IMG/VR virus record: IMGVR_UViG_3300036802_000312
Length of the DNA stretch: 64,000 bases
From: an uncultured virus (IMG/VR IMGVR_UViG_3300036802_000312)
Lineage: Duplodnaviria > Heunggongvirae > Uroviricota > Caudoviricetes
Reading direction: 5' to 3' (one strand)
Positions 48,518 through 59,612 of this stretch are shown here, piece by piece. Position 1 is the stretch's first letter. Each line of letters starts with the position of its first letter. The notes beneath the pieces were generated by a model. It was not told the DNA's origin, searched no databases, and saw nothing but the letters and a program-made list of their open reading frames with translations. The position numbers and the translations under genes were made by a program.

Positions 48518-48736
48518 TCAAAATCTCCATAGCTCGTTTTCATCTTCTTCCAAGCAATTAAGTTGCAGGATAAGCGTTAATCCCGTTGAAAAGACAATGA
48601 AACGATCAATTGGACTTAATATAAAGTCAAAAGTAATCTTAACGTGCATAAACACATACAGAACAAATCCCATACATGATAAAACCCATTTATACTTTCT
48701 ACCTGTTAGCTTTTCTATGATTAGAAGTTTTTTCAT
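48518..48736 (-). CDS. small membrane protein
   Basis: two TM segments. Confidence 0.55.
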   Translation of the reverse strand: MKKLLIIEKLTGRKYKWVLSCMGFVLYVFMHVKITFDFILSPIDRFIVFSTGLTLILQLNCLEEDENELWRF

Positions 48737-49326
48737 TTTTTATCGTTCCTTTGTGGTTATGAATATAACCACATAAAAGTTATGAACTTATTTCATAAAT
48801 ACTGATGAAGTCTTTTATTCCATATAGAATTACATTTTCATCTACATAGAGGGTGCCAGGTTTATCATCGCTCAAGAAATTCCTTCAACAAGCCTGACTT
48901 CATTCATTTATCCGTATAAACACTCTCCTTTTTAGAATTCAAACGTAAGTTTCCTGATTTCTTATAAACCTTGTATTTTATGTAGTTGAAGCGGGTTTTA
49001 CAAAGAACCAAGTGATATATTGCTGAGTTGATTTTTCACAAAAATAAAGAATCTCGCCGAAGCAAGACTCTTGTTATATTACATTTTTTTCGCGTTTTAC
49101 GAATTTGAATTTATCGATAGGTGAGACTTACCACCTGTTGGCATATGAACTTTTGCTGATATATCATATTCTTTCGTAACGTTAATCCCACAGCTTAATC
49201 ATTTTGTTCCTTCTTCCGCAACTCCAATACTGGCTCTAAACGATCCACTTGGGGATGTTCTTCGACAAGCATGTGTAATCATTTTTTTACTCATGTTATT
49301 ATCAGCTCCTAATTTATGTGTCCTTA

Positions 49327-49518
49327 CTACTCCATCCATGCGATAAGTGCATTGGCTACTTCACTTGGGACGGATTTCCCAATTTGAGCTTGTACCATGT
49401 ACTCTTTTTTGGTATTTAATATCGCTGACAAATTATCAAAATCGAGTACACCTTCTCTTCGCTTTTGATACATTAATTCACGTTGCTCAAAAGTTAGCAT
49501 TTTTGACATTTCATTCAC
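49327..49518 (-). CDS. hypothetical protein (C-terminus resembles a C5-MTase tail QIGKSVP)
   Basis: ORF with SD. Confidence 0.45.
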   Translation of the reverse strand: MNEMSKMLTFEQRELMYQKRREGVLDFDNLSAILNTKKEYMVQAQIGKSVPSEVANALIAWME

Positions 49519-49989
49519 CCCTTAATCTTCAAAAAAACTACTGAGCTTCTTATGCTCATCACAAGCTTTAACAGGAGTAGGAACATCTTTCCCACCTTCT
49601 GGATTCATTGCAAACACAATTCCCGATGTCGTTGCTTTCTCTTGGCAATTTTTATAACAGCATTTATCCATGATTGATTCGCTCCTTAGTCAAATAAGTT
49701 AACTTGATTTTTTAGACTTATTATGTTTTTTTTGAATTTACCAGTTAATTATTCAATTTCACGCACTTGACACAGTTCCAATTTGTCATGAATGACAACA
49801 TTCTCATGATTAGCGTTAAGCTCGTCGATCATTTCGTTCATTTCCTTTTCGGATTCAAGCCAAGCATAATTCCCTTTTCCAGCAATATCATACGTCAGTA
49901 AAAAGTTTCGATTAGACATTTTACTATCCTCCTCCTATTCTTTCATTTGCACGATCTGAAATGATTGAATTTATTGACTGCCTTACAAA

Positions 49990-50205
49990 TTACACCTTAC
50001 GTTCATCAAACGGTTGATTCCAAGTCAATGCAACGCCTTTCGTTGTGACTTCCTCATATTCTTCAATTTGAATTTCTATTCCATATTCAGCATAGTCTTT
50101 GATTAAGAGTTTTTCAGCTTCTTGGAATGTCTCCGCTAACACGATAGATTTCATCAATAAACCATTATTCAAAAATCTGATTAAGTAAACATTTAGTTCG
50201 TCCAT
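49990..50205 (-). CDS. hypothetical protein
   Basis: SD GGAGG. Confidence 0.6.
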   Translation of the reverse strand: MDELNVYLIRFLNNGLLMKSIVLAETFQEAEKLLIKDYAEYGIEIQIEEYEEVTTKGVALTWNQPFDERKV

Positions 50206-50270
50206 CTCTATTCCTCCATTTTTACTTTCGTGATTTTTATATATCCTGCTTCTTATGAAATGGCTTGGTA

Positions 50271-50549
50271 TTAATCTTTTTTGACGGAATTTGATGTTGA
50301 ATACGTAATTACACCAAGGGATATTAAGTAACCAAGATTGTACCAAAAACCATTATTAAATGGTTCATAAATCCCGATTTCTCCGTTAAACCATGACCAT
50401 CCGAAAAAGATGAGAGCGAATATCCCGTGCCAAATCCCTGACCAAAAACCAGCAGGACTTGAAGGAGTAGCCGATCCGTCCCCTGGTGCACATCCTGTCA
50501 GCGAAATAAGCATAATCATTAATAAAATAAAAATTAGCATTTTTTTCAT
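50271..50549 (-). CDS. lipoprotein/membrane protein
   Basis: LTGC lipobox; PAGFWSGIWHG..IYE..N.G.WY..G. Confidence 0.75.
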   Translation of the reverse strand: MKKMLIFILLMIMLISLTGCAPGDGSATPSSPAGFWSGIWHGIFALIFFGWSWFNGEIGIYEPFNNGFWYNLGYLISLGVITYSTSNSVKKD

Positions 50550-50842
50550 AACATTCTACCTAAGACCATACATTTGTTTGTACTCATAAGAGAATTTGTT
50601 TTTAAAATAACTTCAAACATACTCGTCAGACCTTTCTTTTCTTAAATATTCGCAGGTTATTTACCTACGTTTTCTCGAAAAAACTTATATCCTTGCTTAC
50701 TCATTATTACGACATGAATTGAATCCTGTTCGAATGAACCGAAGTTCCGACGAATATATCGAATAATCGATCTGCGGATGAAGCGTTTAATCATTTTCTT
50801 CCTCCTTCGTTGGGGAGATCTGGGCAAGGAGTGGATACGAAA

Positions 50843-51121
50843 TCATGTAGTTTCCTCTCCAACCTCTATTGATTTCCATTCGCCAGAGTCAATCATTGCC
50901 TCCTTGATATCTCCTCTGTAATATTCGCCTTCTTCGAAATATCCTTGATTATTTTTTATCCACTCTTCACATTTAACACATGTATAAGTGGAATAAATAC
51001 TCCCTTCATTTGCAATGGTCTCAAACCTAACACCTTCCGTCTTCTCAGGAATCAATTCATTGCATCCAAAACATTTATGAGGCTTTCGTGTTTTAACTGT
51101 CTTGTCTATTAAAATGTCCAT
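50843..51121 (-). CDS. phage zinc-finger protein
   Basis: TRKPHKCFGC..CVKC. Confidence 0.7.
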   Translation of the reverse strand: MDILIDKTVKTRKPHKCFGCNELIPEKTEGVRFETIANEGSIYSTYTCVKCEEWIKNNQGYFEEGEYYRGDIKEAMIDSGEWKSIEVGEETT

Positions 51122-51175
51122 CTCTTCTATCCTCCTTAAGCGGGGTTAGCTGGGTAATAAAGGGTATTGGACAGC

Positions 51176-51472
51176 CTATACATTAGAATTTTCATTCATC
51201 ATTTGAGTTAATTCCGCTTCACTATACTGAAACATTGGTCGGAACCATGCTTCTGGTGCATTGATTGTTATCCATTTATAAGCATAATCTTTAACTCCCA
51301 TCCACAAAATAGTTTGTAATGCGTCTGGATAACCACCTACATCCTGATACCATCTATCTATCATTGACTCATCTTTGTTTTCATTAATATAATTTCCAAT
51401 CACTTCCATTGCTTGCGTTTGGAACATACCTCTACTCGTCATTTCTTTAACCATAGCGTCTTTAAATGTCAT
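51176..51472 (-). CDS. phage-type hypothetical protein
   Basis: SD AAGGAG; PEAWFRPMF. Confidence 0.7.
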   Translation of the reverse strand: MTFKDAMVKEMTSRGMFQTQAMEVIGNYINENKDESMIDRWYQDVGGYPDALQTILWMGVKDYAYKWITINAPEAWFRPMFQYSEAELTQMMNENSNV

Positions 51473-51535
51473 TCTGAATGCTCCTTTTCTTTTTCGCATT
51501 TTGTATTTTCTGTTTAGTGTCTTCGTATTGTGCAT

Positions 51536-51757
51536 TAAATTGGTTGATCCGGAATTGTAATCGGTGTCCAATGCGTATGATAATCTGACCAACTTGAATC
51601 TAATGGTGTGCCGACATACGGTGGTTCTTCAATCGGGAATTTCCACCACAATACATTTCCAATGCCTTCATGCCATTCATCGATTGACTTCGGCTCTTTC
51701 AGTGTGTATTGGAAACAACCTATCGTTTTCTTGGTTACTCGGTTTACTTAAATTCAC
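51536..51757 (-). pseudogene. frameshifted phage-type ORF (DEWHEG.G.VLWWKFPIEEPPYVGTPL...THWTP)
   Basis: coherent peptide split across reading frames. Confidence 0.45.
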
Positions 51758-51791
51758 CTCTTTCTTTCCTTCGCGATATGCGTCCACGCCC

Positions 51792-51980
51792 TCATAACAC
51801 TGTGTATGTCTTCAAACCAAATTCATCAATTGAATAGTAATTAATTAAATCTCCATCTGCTTTTTCAATTTTTTCTATACCTAATTCAAAGCATTCTTCA
51901 GCAGTCGGGGCTTCAATGGTAAACCCAAAGTTCTCATTATCCTTTGTATAAAGGAATTTCATCTTCTCCAAGCACTTCAC
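51792..51980 (-). CDS. hypothetical protein
   Basis: ORF with SD. Confidence 0.55.
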   Translation of the reverse strand: MKCLEKMKFLYTKDNENFGFTIEAPTAEECFELGIEKIEKADGDLINYYSIDEFGLKTYTVL

Positions 51981-52544
51981 TCCTCAAATGACTCTGAGCC
52001 AGAATCATTGTTCGTAATCACGATTTTCAAAACTTGATTGATGGATTAAAAAACTAATAGTTAAAAAGGACGATATTGTCCTCTGAATGCTTGTACGACT
52101 AAACCTAATGCCTTTATCTGTGCGCAACTATTGTATTTAATCTTTTTGATTTTTGTACTAATGATAAAGAATAAAGCCCAAAGCAATACTACATAATACA
52201 AAAAACATAGGTGGATAAGTCAACAATTCATAGAGGGACATTTTAATTACTCCTTACAAGGGTGTATCCTAATTCATTTTCTCGGACGAATACGATTTCT
52301 TTTGGGGCGAGGGCTAACGTATTGATTTCGATTCACTTTATTTTCAACATTTTCACTTTCTGAGCTTGATTTGTTAAGCATTGTAAGTAAAAGTAAAAGG
52401 CAAACGGGTATTAAAAAGTACAACCACATTCTCCATACCTCCGACTATTTTTAATGAACTATATGCGTTTACTGTGTGGGGTGAGGGCTTATGCCCTCTT
52501 ATTCCCCGCTTTTTGTGATCTAACGTTGCTAATAACCCTTATGT

Positions 52545-52799
52545 TTAAATACTCATTTTTTCAAATCGTTTAGAATCACGTTCAAAATCTTCTAAAGTGT
52601 AATAACTCATTACTTCGCCTTCATTGTTCAGGAAATTAAAAATAGGTTTAATTATCTCAAACTGTGCTTTTGCATGTTTAATATTATTATGACGTAGATA
52701 CATCCGCATTAATTGCGAGTGTTTATCCAATAATTCCCGCCTAAAGGTTACATCTTCTTTATACTGTTTATTTTTCAAGTTACTGTTTTTAATTGTCAT
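52545..52799 (-). CDS. hypothetical protein
   Basis: SD AAGGAG. Confidence 0.65.
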   Translation of the reverse strand: MTIKNSNLKNKQYKEDVTFRRELLDKHSQLMRMYLRHNNIKHAKAQFEIIKPIFNFLNNEGEVMSYYTLEDFERDSKRFEKMSI

Positions 52800-53283
52800 T
52801 CTGAACGCTCCTTCGTTTAATTCTCATTCTTACGGTATACAAAGTAGCGGTTTCCATTTTGGAAATAACCACAGTGATCTGTGTAACCACGTACAAAATG
52901 GGATTGCTGCTGGTACTCCAACCCATTCTTTGACTTTTCTATTCTGATAAATTCATTTATGAGATTCGTCAATGCTTCCCGCGTGACTTCTGGAGCAATG
53001 CGGATGAATGGAAGTTCGATATTAATGCACCATCCTATTCATTTTCTAAATAGCTAACTGAGACATTACTTAGCCTTAACCTTCGGTTTAACAGGTTGTA
53101 CAGTATGTTCTGCACCAGTTTCCATCGTAAACATCATTGCTTCCTCAAGTGCAATTTCATATGTTGAACAAATTTTTACAATCTTTGCTTCTATTCCTTC
53201 GCCATAAACAACGCCATACTTTTGTTCACTCATCTACTTATTCTCCTTCATATAATGTGTCTTAATCGCACGACCTCTTCGCA

Positions 53284-53499
53284 CTATTCATCAAATCCCA
53301 CTAACCGTTTTGCTTTATTTAAGATTTCTTCATCTGGCTCTTGGTGCAAGTTTGTAGCCTCCACCATCGCCTCAATGAATGACTTTTGTGCCGAAATCGG
53401 TGCAGCCTTCATCAGTTCTTGTAACTCACCATCCATTGGGGCTTGATCGACATTACTCCAAAGATGCAGCATAATTTCCGAAATCTCTTCTTTTTTCAT
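53284..53499 (-). CDS. hypothetical protein
   Basis: SD AAGGTG. Confidence 0.6.
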   Translation of the reverse strand: MKKEEISEIMLHLWSNVDQAPMDGELQELMKAAPISAQKSFIEAMVEATNLHQEPDEEILNKAKRLVGFDE

Positions 53500-53580
53500 A
53501 CACTCACCTTCCTGTGGAGCATTACTTTTTTCATTAAATATCAATCCTCCTTTAATACATAATTTCTTCGTACTGCGCAT

Positions 53581-54078
53581 TTAACGCTTATCTAATTTTT
53601 TTCCGCATACAGGACAATAGTTTATTTTCACACCATATAGCGAATGCGGCGCACTTCCGCCAATAATGCTATCTTCTAAATGATTTGCGCTATTGATGAA
53701 CACGTTATAATCGCTCAATTGACTTTTCATTATAGGTTCTCTGTCTACTAATGGTCTGCCCGTACAATATCTACATGTTTCTTCGTCCACGTCATTCACC
53801 TTTATACTGTTAAAATCTACCAGTAACTTACTTTTGACGATTCTAAACTCCCAATCACTTTCGCCATCGGCAGGATGACCATCGGAATATCCTTGTGAAA
53901 ACCAATACTCCACATCGCACTCGTACACCCCAGCTTTTTCAGGAACATTCTCAAAGAGGTTATCTTCACAATTTGAACCATCTAAATGATTTTCAAATTC
54001 TAAAGGATACTTCAAAATGATTCCTTGACCATGTACATCAACACAAATCACAACTTTAATATCTTTGATTTTCCTCAT
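53581..54078 (-). CDS. phage-type hypothetical protein
   Basis: C-terminal INYCPVCGKKL. Confidence 0.7.
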   Translation of the reverse strand: MRKIKDIKVVICVDVHGQGIILKYPLEFENHLDGSNCEDNLFENVPEKAGVYECDVEYWFSQGYSDGHPADGESDWEFRIVKSKLLVDFNSIKVNDVDEETCRYCTGRPLVDREPIMKSQLSDYNVFINSANHLEDSIIGGSAPHSLYGVKINYCPVCGKKLDKR

Positions 54079-54189
54079 GCTCTATCATCCTTTCTTGGTG
54101 CGCTATATCCGTCTACTACGGTCATGACCTTTGGGAGAAAATGAGGAGGGCTATTAACCCTCTCTGTCCCTGAATCTTCGTACTAAGAA

Positions 54190-54576
54190 TTAATGAATAC
54201 TTGCTGGCTTAACCTCTAATGCCCACTTTCGACCTTGGGCGGAGTTTAACCAGTTTTCAATTTTTGCAGTTTGATTAACACGTTTTACACCTGATAATTC
54301 TTTAAGTTCATTTAATGGCAAATATTTATGTGATCCACCATGAATAGACACTTCATATATACCTGTCGCTTCACCTTTTATCTCGCATGTCATATAATCA
54401 ATACACTTGATTCTACGGTCAATAACTACCTTCCAACCGCATTTGCAACTACGAGTGAATACTTCATCTTCGATAATTAAGGCACCTTGTGACGGCTCTC
54501 CACCAATATTGTTATTTCCGCATTCGGGGCATGTGCTATACTTTTTCATTAATTCTGTTGATTCGTGAACGTTCAA
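54190..54576 (-). CDS. DUF3797-like zinc-ribbon protein
   Basis: KYSTCPECGN..IG...F.RSCKCGW. Confidence 0.65.
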   Translation of the reverse strand: MNVHESTELMKKYSTCPECGNNNIGGEPSQGALIIEDEVFTRSCKCGWKVVIDRRIKCIDYMTCEIKGEATGIYEVSIHGGSHKYLPLNELKELSGVKRVNQTAKIENWLNSAQGRKWALEVKPASIH

Positions 54577-54662
54577 TTTCTATCCCTCCCTTAGTTCGCT
54601 TTATGCGTCAATTGGGTCATATTCTTTGGGAGAGGTGGAAATACTCCTACTCCCTTAATGAT

Positions 54663-55091
54663 CTATATCTTTGAATACGTAGTAATAAGTTCTGGATTTT
54701 CAAACATCGTTCCCACAATTTCCCCTTCTTCCAGATAATGAAGATGCAAACCCATTAATGGCTCTTTTCCTCTGAAAAGCTGATACATACCACTGTAATA
54801 TTCAACATTTAGATTTTCAGGAAGTGGAGCAGAACTTTCAAAAGAAAGCTTGCTGACTTTGATAATATCTCCATGATAAATTCCCTTGTTATTAATAGAT
54901 TCGCCTGTAAACTGACCCATTGACGCTAATTCGCACTCAATTGGGCTTGAATTGTCGCAATATAACAGAGCCTTATCTGTGATACCTTTTTCTTGTTTGT
55001 ATTCCTCTGTATAGTCAACTTCGAACCAGCCGTGTCCATAGTGCCAACTGTTAGTTTCTTTGCTAAAACCTCTGAACCTTGGTTGTTTCAT
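54663..55091 (-). CDS. YopX family protein
   Basis: FRG, GQFTG, IYHGDI, EIVG..FENPEL. Confidence 0.85.
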   Translation of the reverse strand: MKQPRFRGFSKETNSWHYGHGWFEVDYTEEYKQEKGITDKALLYCDNSSPIECELASMGQFTGESINNKGIYHGDIIKVSKLSFESSAPLPENLNVEYYSGMYQLFRGKEPLMGLHLHYLEEGEIVGTMFENPELITTYSKI

Positions 55092-55336
55092 ATAAGTTCC
55101 CCTTCCTTCGTAATTTGCGTCTTTAGCGATCAAACACCTTGTCGAAAAACTTACTTGTTACTGCTTCGTCTTCCTCAGAATAAGCGCCTGAGTTTCCTGA
55201 ATCTGCATCAAAAAGCCTTTCCAGCATTTCAAGCGTCTTTAGGTCTTGGTCACTTAAAAATAACTGTCTTCCCATTCTCCACATTCCTTCCTTCACAGTT
55301 TGCGTCTTACTCGCACAACTTCTTCTTACTGCGGAA

Positions 55337-55723
55337 TTATTGTAGAATAATATCTCTAATCTTTAGTAGTTTTTCAGCGCTCTCATTTAACAACGCATTT
55401 TCGTTTATGATGATTGTATTTCGTTTGTAGTTATTCGTAAGATAAGTAGCAAACCTTCCTTTCTTTTGCTTACCTTTCATATGAATACCTTCCAATGAAC
55501 AATCCATAAAGGTTACATCTTTCATGTATTCAGGTAATAGATCACTCCATTTTTCATTAAGGTAGCTTTTCATGTGCGACTCTAATTCTTCACCGCCTGA
55601 AAATGGAACTTCTACCTCAACACTCTTACCATCATCGTCAGTAAATTCAAAAACTAAGTATGCTTCAAACTCTTCTTTATTAGAGATATTGAGATTAAAT
55701 ACAATTGATGATTGCTCAGACAT
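55337..55723 (-). CDS. hypothetical protein
   Basis: SD AAGGAG. Confidence 0.7.
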   Translation of the reverse strand: MSEQSSIVFNLNISNKEEFEAYLVFEFTDDDGKSVEVEVPFSGGEELESHMKSYLNEKWSDLLPEYMKDVTFMDCSLEGIHMKGKQKKGRFATYLTNNYKRNTIIINENALLNESAEKLLKIRDIILQ

Positions 55724-55949
55724 AATATTAATCGCTCCTTATGATTGCTCAACTTTATTTTTAGTCTAAGTGAAATATTCAACTTCTATCTTGCGAGACA
55801 TTTCAAATTCCTTTTCACAATGCACACATTCCATTGTTGTAAATTCGATATTCACTGATTCATCATCAAGCGGTTCATTAACCCCTTCACAATACGGACA
55901 AATAATCTTGTTACCATTAAACATTTTAGTAACTCCTTCTATTTAAATT

Positions 55950-56249
55950 TCAAGACCGTTTCCATTTTTCACGTCTTTCCTCAAGTTCTGGATCATCTTC
56001 GTCGATAATTGCAACGTTCTCTCCACAAGCACAGTCCCAAGTGATCCTAACCTCACTGTTACACACAAGACATTCTGGATGGTGCAGTTCACTTTTGTAG
56101 TTAGGTGAATTTTTATACAAGGGATATACGCTTTCAAACCAATCTTTCACTTCTCTGTCGGTCAAAGAATACATAGACATAACGTAATCTATCCCCTTCT
56201 TTTCACAAAGCCATTGCATACGAGTTTTTCTGGTATTTGGCTTCATCAA
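55950..56249 (-). CDS. hypothetical protein (CxxC..CxC)
   Basis: SD AAGGAGG. Confidence 0.65.
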   Translation of the reverse strand: MMKPNTRKTRMQWLCEKKGIDYVMSMYSLTDREVKDWFESVYPLYKNSPNYKSELHHPECLVCNSEVRITWDCACGENVAIIDEDDPELEERREKWKRS

Positions 56250-56312
56250 AACTTGACCTCCTTGTGTGCTTTTTGTACCTCATCCGCATTCGTTCTTCGA
56301 ATACGTCACAAG

Positions 56313-56717
56313 CTACTCTTTAAAAGTTCTTAATGATTGCGCCAATATTTTTATATCGAACCCTTCATTTTCCACAACACTATCACCGACTATTGCTCTT
56401 ACAACAGCCCATAGCCCATTTAGATAATCCGAACGATCATTCAGATAAAGGACGCTTATAGCTTCATTCAGTGCTAATTTTTCTCGCTCTGAAAGTGAAT
56501 CAATGATAAGTAGATTGGTTAGTTCTTGTACTTGTTGTTCTGTTAACTCATAATGTTCTGAGATCTGTTCTGCCCAATCTCCAGGAATACTACGTTTTCC
56601 TTTTTCAATTGCTGAAAGATAACTGACTGTCACACCTAACTTTTTTGCCATATCCTTCATTAATTCATCTTTGTCTATTCGTAATTTGCGACAAAACTTG
56701 CCGAAATCAGTAGTCAT
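56313..56717 (-). CDS. XRE-family HTH transcriptional regulator
   Basis: FGKFCRKLR..MAKKLGVTVSYLSAIEKGKR. Confidence 0.88.
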   Translation of the reverse strand: MTTDFGKFCRKLRIDKDELMKDMAKKLGVTVSYLSAIEKGKRSIPGDWAEQISEHYELTEQQVQELTNLLIIDSLSEREKLALNEAISVLYLNDRSDYLNGLWAVVRAIVGDSVVENEGFDIKILAQSLRTFKE

Positions 56718-57080
56718 ACTGTCACCTTCCTTTACAATGAACTTAGTATTCAACTTTGCAAAGATTACCTTGTTTCAGTGATTCTGGTGACTCTATATCA
56801 CTTATTTTCCGGTTAACCAATCAAATCTTTAACCAAGCGCTATTGGCAATGATTGTAGCCAATCATCTATAGATAAAGACTCCTTTGTTGTAGTGCAATA
56901 CTGCTCATATCGATATTTGATATATTCCTCATCCATATATTGTTGATCTTCTTCCGTTATGTTGCATAGCGAACAATTACACATATTAGACAATCCCCTC
57001 TGCTAAAAACATCTTTTTCTATTACAATAGAAAAAGAAAGGAGTATCTTTGTTTAACACTCCTACTTTTCATTATCACTA

Positions 57081-57716
57081 TTAACTTTTCAACAAGGACA
57101 AATCATAAATGGTATAATCGCACCGATAAATGAATAATGCCTTGTTATCGATGTTAAACATCGTAGATTTGTCAATATCTGTTGCGAAATAGGAGATATC
57201 ATTCCCTACAAATGTAGCCAAAGGCTTTCCAGATTGAGATCTCACCAAGATAAGGAATTTCTGACCTGTAGTGAAATTTTTCATCGAATTAACCATCTTG
57301 TTCAAAAACGGTACAGAGCGACCTCGATTGTTAATATCAACCGTCTTGGCGTATTCATCAAATACATCAACAATTCCTTTTTCACGCATGATAAGCGAAC
57401 TTCCAACATGAATCACGCTTTTACCATCAACCGTAAAGTTGATTACTCCTGATTTTTTAGTTGTATTTCCATCCTTATCTTTCGTTTCAAAGATGTCCTC
57501 CGAGCTAATATGAACTGACTTACCAGCTATTTCATCAATAGGTTGACTGTCTTCATCATAAGTGGTGATTTCAACAGCTCGACCTTTCCAAGCACTCTTG
57601 AAATTTCCAAACTCATTACTAAGAAAATTACAGCCAGACAGCGAGACAATCACAGATACTATAAGAGAAAAGAAAATTACCTTTTTCAAAACATTTGTCT
57701 TATTGAATATTTTCAT
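57081..57716 (-). CDS. DUF5052-like lipoprotein
   Basis: LSGC lipobox; HVGSSLI, RSQSGKP, IYRCDYTIYD. Confidence 0.75.
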   Translation of the reverse strand: MKIFNKTNVLKKVIFFSLIVSVIVSLSGCNFLSNEFGNFKSAWKGRAVEITTYDEDSQPIDEIAGKSVHISSEDIFETKDKDGNTTKKSGVINFTVDGKSVIHVGSSLIMREKGIVDVFDEYAKTVDINNRGRSVPFLNKMVNSMKNFTTGQKFLILVRSQSGKPLATFVGNDISYFATDIDKSTMFNIDNKALFIYRCDYTIYDLSLLKS

Positions 57717-57801
57717 TAGAAAAACTCCTTATTGTTCAGGTTTTTGATTTATAATTTTGATTGATTAACAGTTTTTCTCTGATCTCAAATATTTAAGAGA
57801 T

Positions 57802-58065
57802 TCACCAAAAAATATCCTCGTCATGGTAAGAGTTGAAATAACTTCTTTTCGCTCGTTTTCCATATTGCATATGCAATATGGTATCTCTTGCTACAGCTCT
57901 CGACACAGGTTGGTGATTAACATAATAAGAGTCTTCTGCATAAGCTACAAAATCGCCATCCGTAATCCAGCAAATACCTTCTCCTTCCAGCAAATAATCC
58001 GCCGGAAGCTCTTCGTTAACAATTTGAGTTGCAAATTTTCGAAGCAACCGCTTTTTTCCTTTCAT
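57802..58065 (-). CDS. hypothetical protein
   Basis: ORF in the minus-strand run. Confidence 0.65.
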   Translation of the reverse strand: MKGKKRLLRKFATQIVNEELPADYLLEGEGICWITDGDFVAYAEDSYYVNHQPVSRAVARDTILHMQYGKRAKRSYFNSYHDEDIFW

Positions 58066-58098
58066 GTTTCATTTCTCCATTCGTAATAGAAAGTAATG

Positions 58099-58425
58099 TT
58101 ACACACTGAATTCACCAGCTTCGTACAGCCGTATAAAATTATGCGATATTCTTAACTCTCTCCTTGTTGTATCAGAAAGTTTCTTTAAATGATCTTCTCT
58201 AAAAATAAAAACATCTTCAATTGAAAAGAAATCGCCGATGAAATTCAACAACCTACTATCTGCCGTAACTATGGCACTATCCTTACTTTCTTTATTCAAA
58301 TGCTCTCGAATGGTTCTGGTAGATTCTCCATCATACGACTCTGTTGATGTTTGCACATTTAAGAGCTTGCAAATTTTTGTCTGTGTGTCTGATGTAGCCT
58401 TTTGTTCAGTCATAATCAAGTACAT
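58099..58425 (-). CDS. hypothetical protein
   Basis: SD AGGAGG; ends LYEAGEF. Confidence 0.7.
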   Translation of the reverse strand: MYLIMTEQKATSDTQTKICKLLNVQTSTESYDGESTRTIREHLNKESKDSAIVTADSRLLNFIGDFFSIEDVFIFREDHLKKLSDTTRRELRISHNFIRLYEAGEFSV

Positions 58426-58481
58426 GATTCATTTCCTCCTAAGTATTCATTAGATATTTCAAATAACATTCGAAAATAAGT

Positions 58482-58799
58482 TTACTTTTCCCAAATCAAT
58501 GTGCCGTAACCGTCAAAACAACGAGTTTCAGCAGGAAAGTTTAACAAATTCAACTTACAAGCTTCGTCTTTTTCAACTAAAACTTGGAATGCATCTTTGC
58601 ATACCATTACATAATCAACTTGATCTCGAATAACCTCTGGCGTAGGAAGCATCTCGATTGGGACATTGCGTTCATCAAGCATGTTCTCTATCATTTCTGC
58701 TTTATTACTCTCTATCCAAGTCAAAAAAAATCGGTTTCCTGTTTTCATCGAATTTCCCTCCTCTAATAAACGTGTGTTCACCTTTTCTATAAAATCCAT
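58482..58799 (-). CDS. hypothetical protein
   Basis: ORF. Confidence 0.6.
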   Translation of the reverse strand: MDFIEKVNTRLLEEGNSMKTGNRFFLTWIESNKAEMIENMLDERNVPIEMLPTPEVIRDQVDYVMVCKDAFQVLVEKDEACKLNLLNFPAETRCFDGYGTLIWEK

Positions 58800-58875
58800 A
58801 TATCTTATGTCTCAGGTAGTCACTTTACAAAAGGAACTTTTAAAGAACGTTTTTTATAAAAAATTCTTTCAACAT

Positions 58876-59292
58876 CTAACAACTCCAATTGACGAAATAC
58901 CCTTTTTCCCAAAGCTCTATTAAATAAGTCAGCACTTCTAACGGATCAAATATATATGAATATTTTTCTTTTACCCTCTCAAAGTTTTCTGCAATGTATG
59001 CTTTCGCTTTATCTGCTTCAATCAATGCTTTTTCAAAAGAGAATGTAGCTAATTCTTTAATAATGGATGTATAAACTGGATTTTCACAATTCATGATGTC
59101 ATCGCATATAAGATACTTGTTTAGATCTATATTTCCATTTGTTAATTCGTTAAGTGTAGCCGCCAATTCAATGAATTCGCCATTTGGATATTTAAAGTTC
59201 TCTTTCTCAATATCATCAAAATAATCATCAAATATCACTTCATTATTTGGTGTAAGTCTACAACTTCTATACGCGCCTGTATCAATTCCCAT
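58876..59292 (-). CDS. hypothetical protein
   Basis: SD AGGAGG. Confidence 0.7.
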   Translation of the reverse strand: MGIDTGAYRSCRLTPNNEVIFDDYFDDIEKENFKYPNGEFIELAATLNELTNGNIDLNKYLICDDIMNCENPVYTSIIKELATFSFEKALIEADKAKAYIAENFERVKEKYSYIFDPLEVLTYLIELWEKGYFVNWSC

Positions 59293-59612
59293 TTGAAGTC
59301 CTCCTATTTATTTAAGCTTCTTACTATTTTCACCGAAATCGTGAAAGAGCTTGTTTCAATACTAATCATCCTAATAAACGCTAAGTAGCGTTCCCCATTT
59401 TTTTTATTTCTGCTATATGGAATGTAGATGGATTATCCTATACAAATTTGGTTAGGGAAATTTGATTATTTTCTTGACAGGAAACATGAAGGAGAGCAAA
59501 ATCTATCTTTTTACTGATTTTTATTTTTGTGTATATAAACATGTCGGATAATATGCGAATATGTAAGTAGAAGTGCCAGGCAAAATTCCCTGACTCTTCT
59601 TTGTCCTTATCG

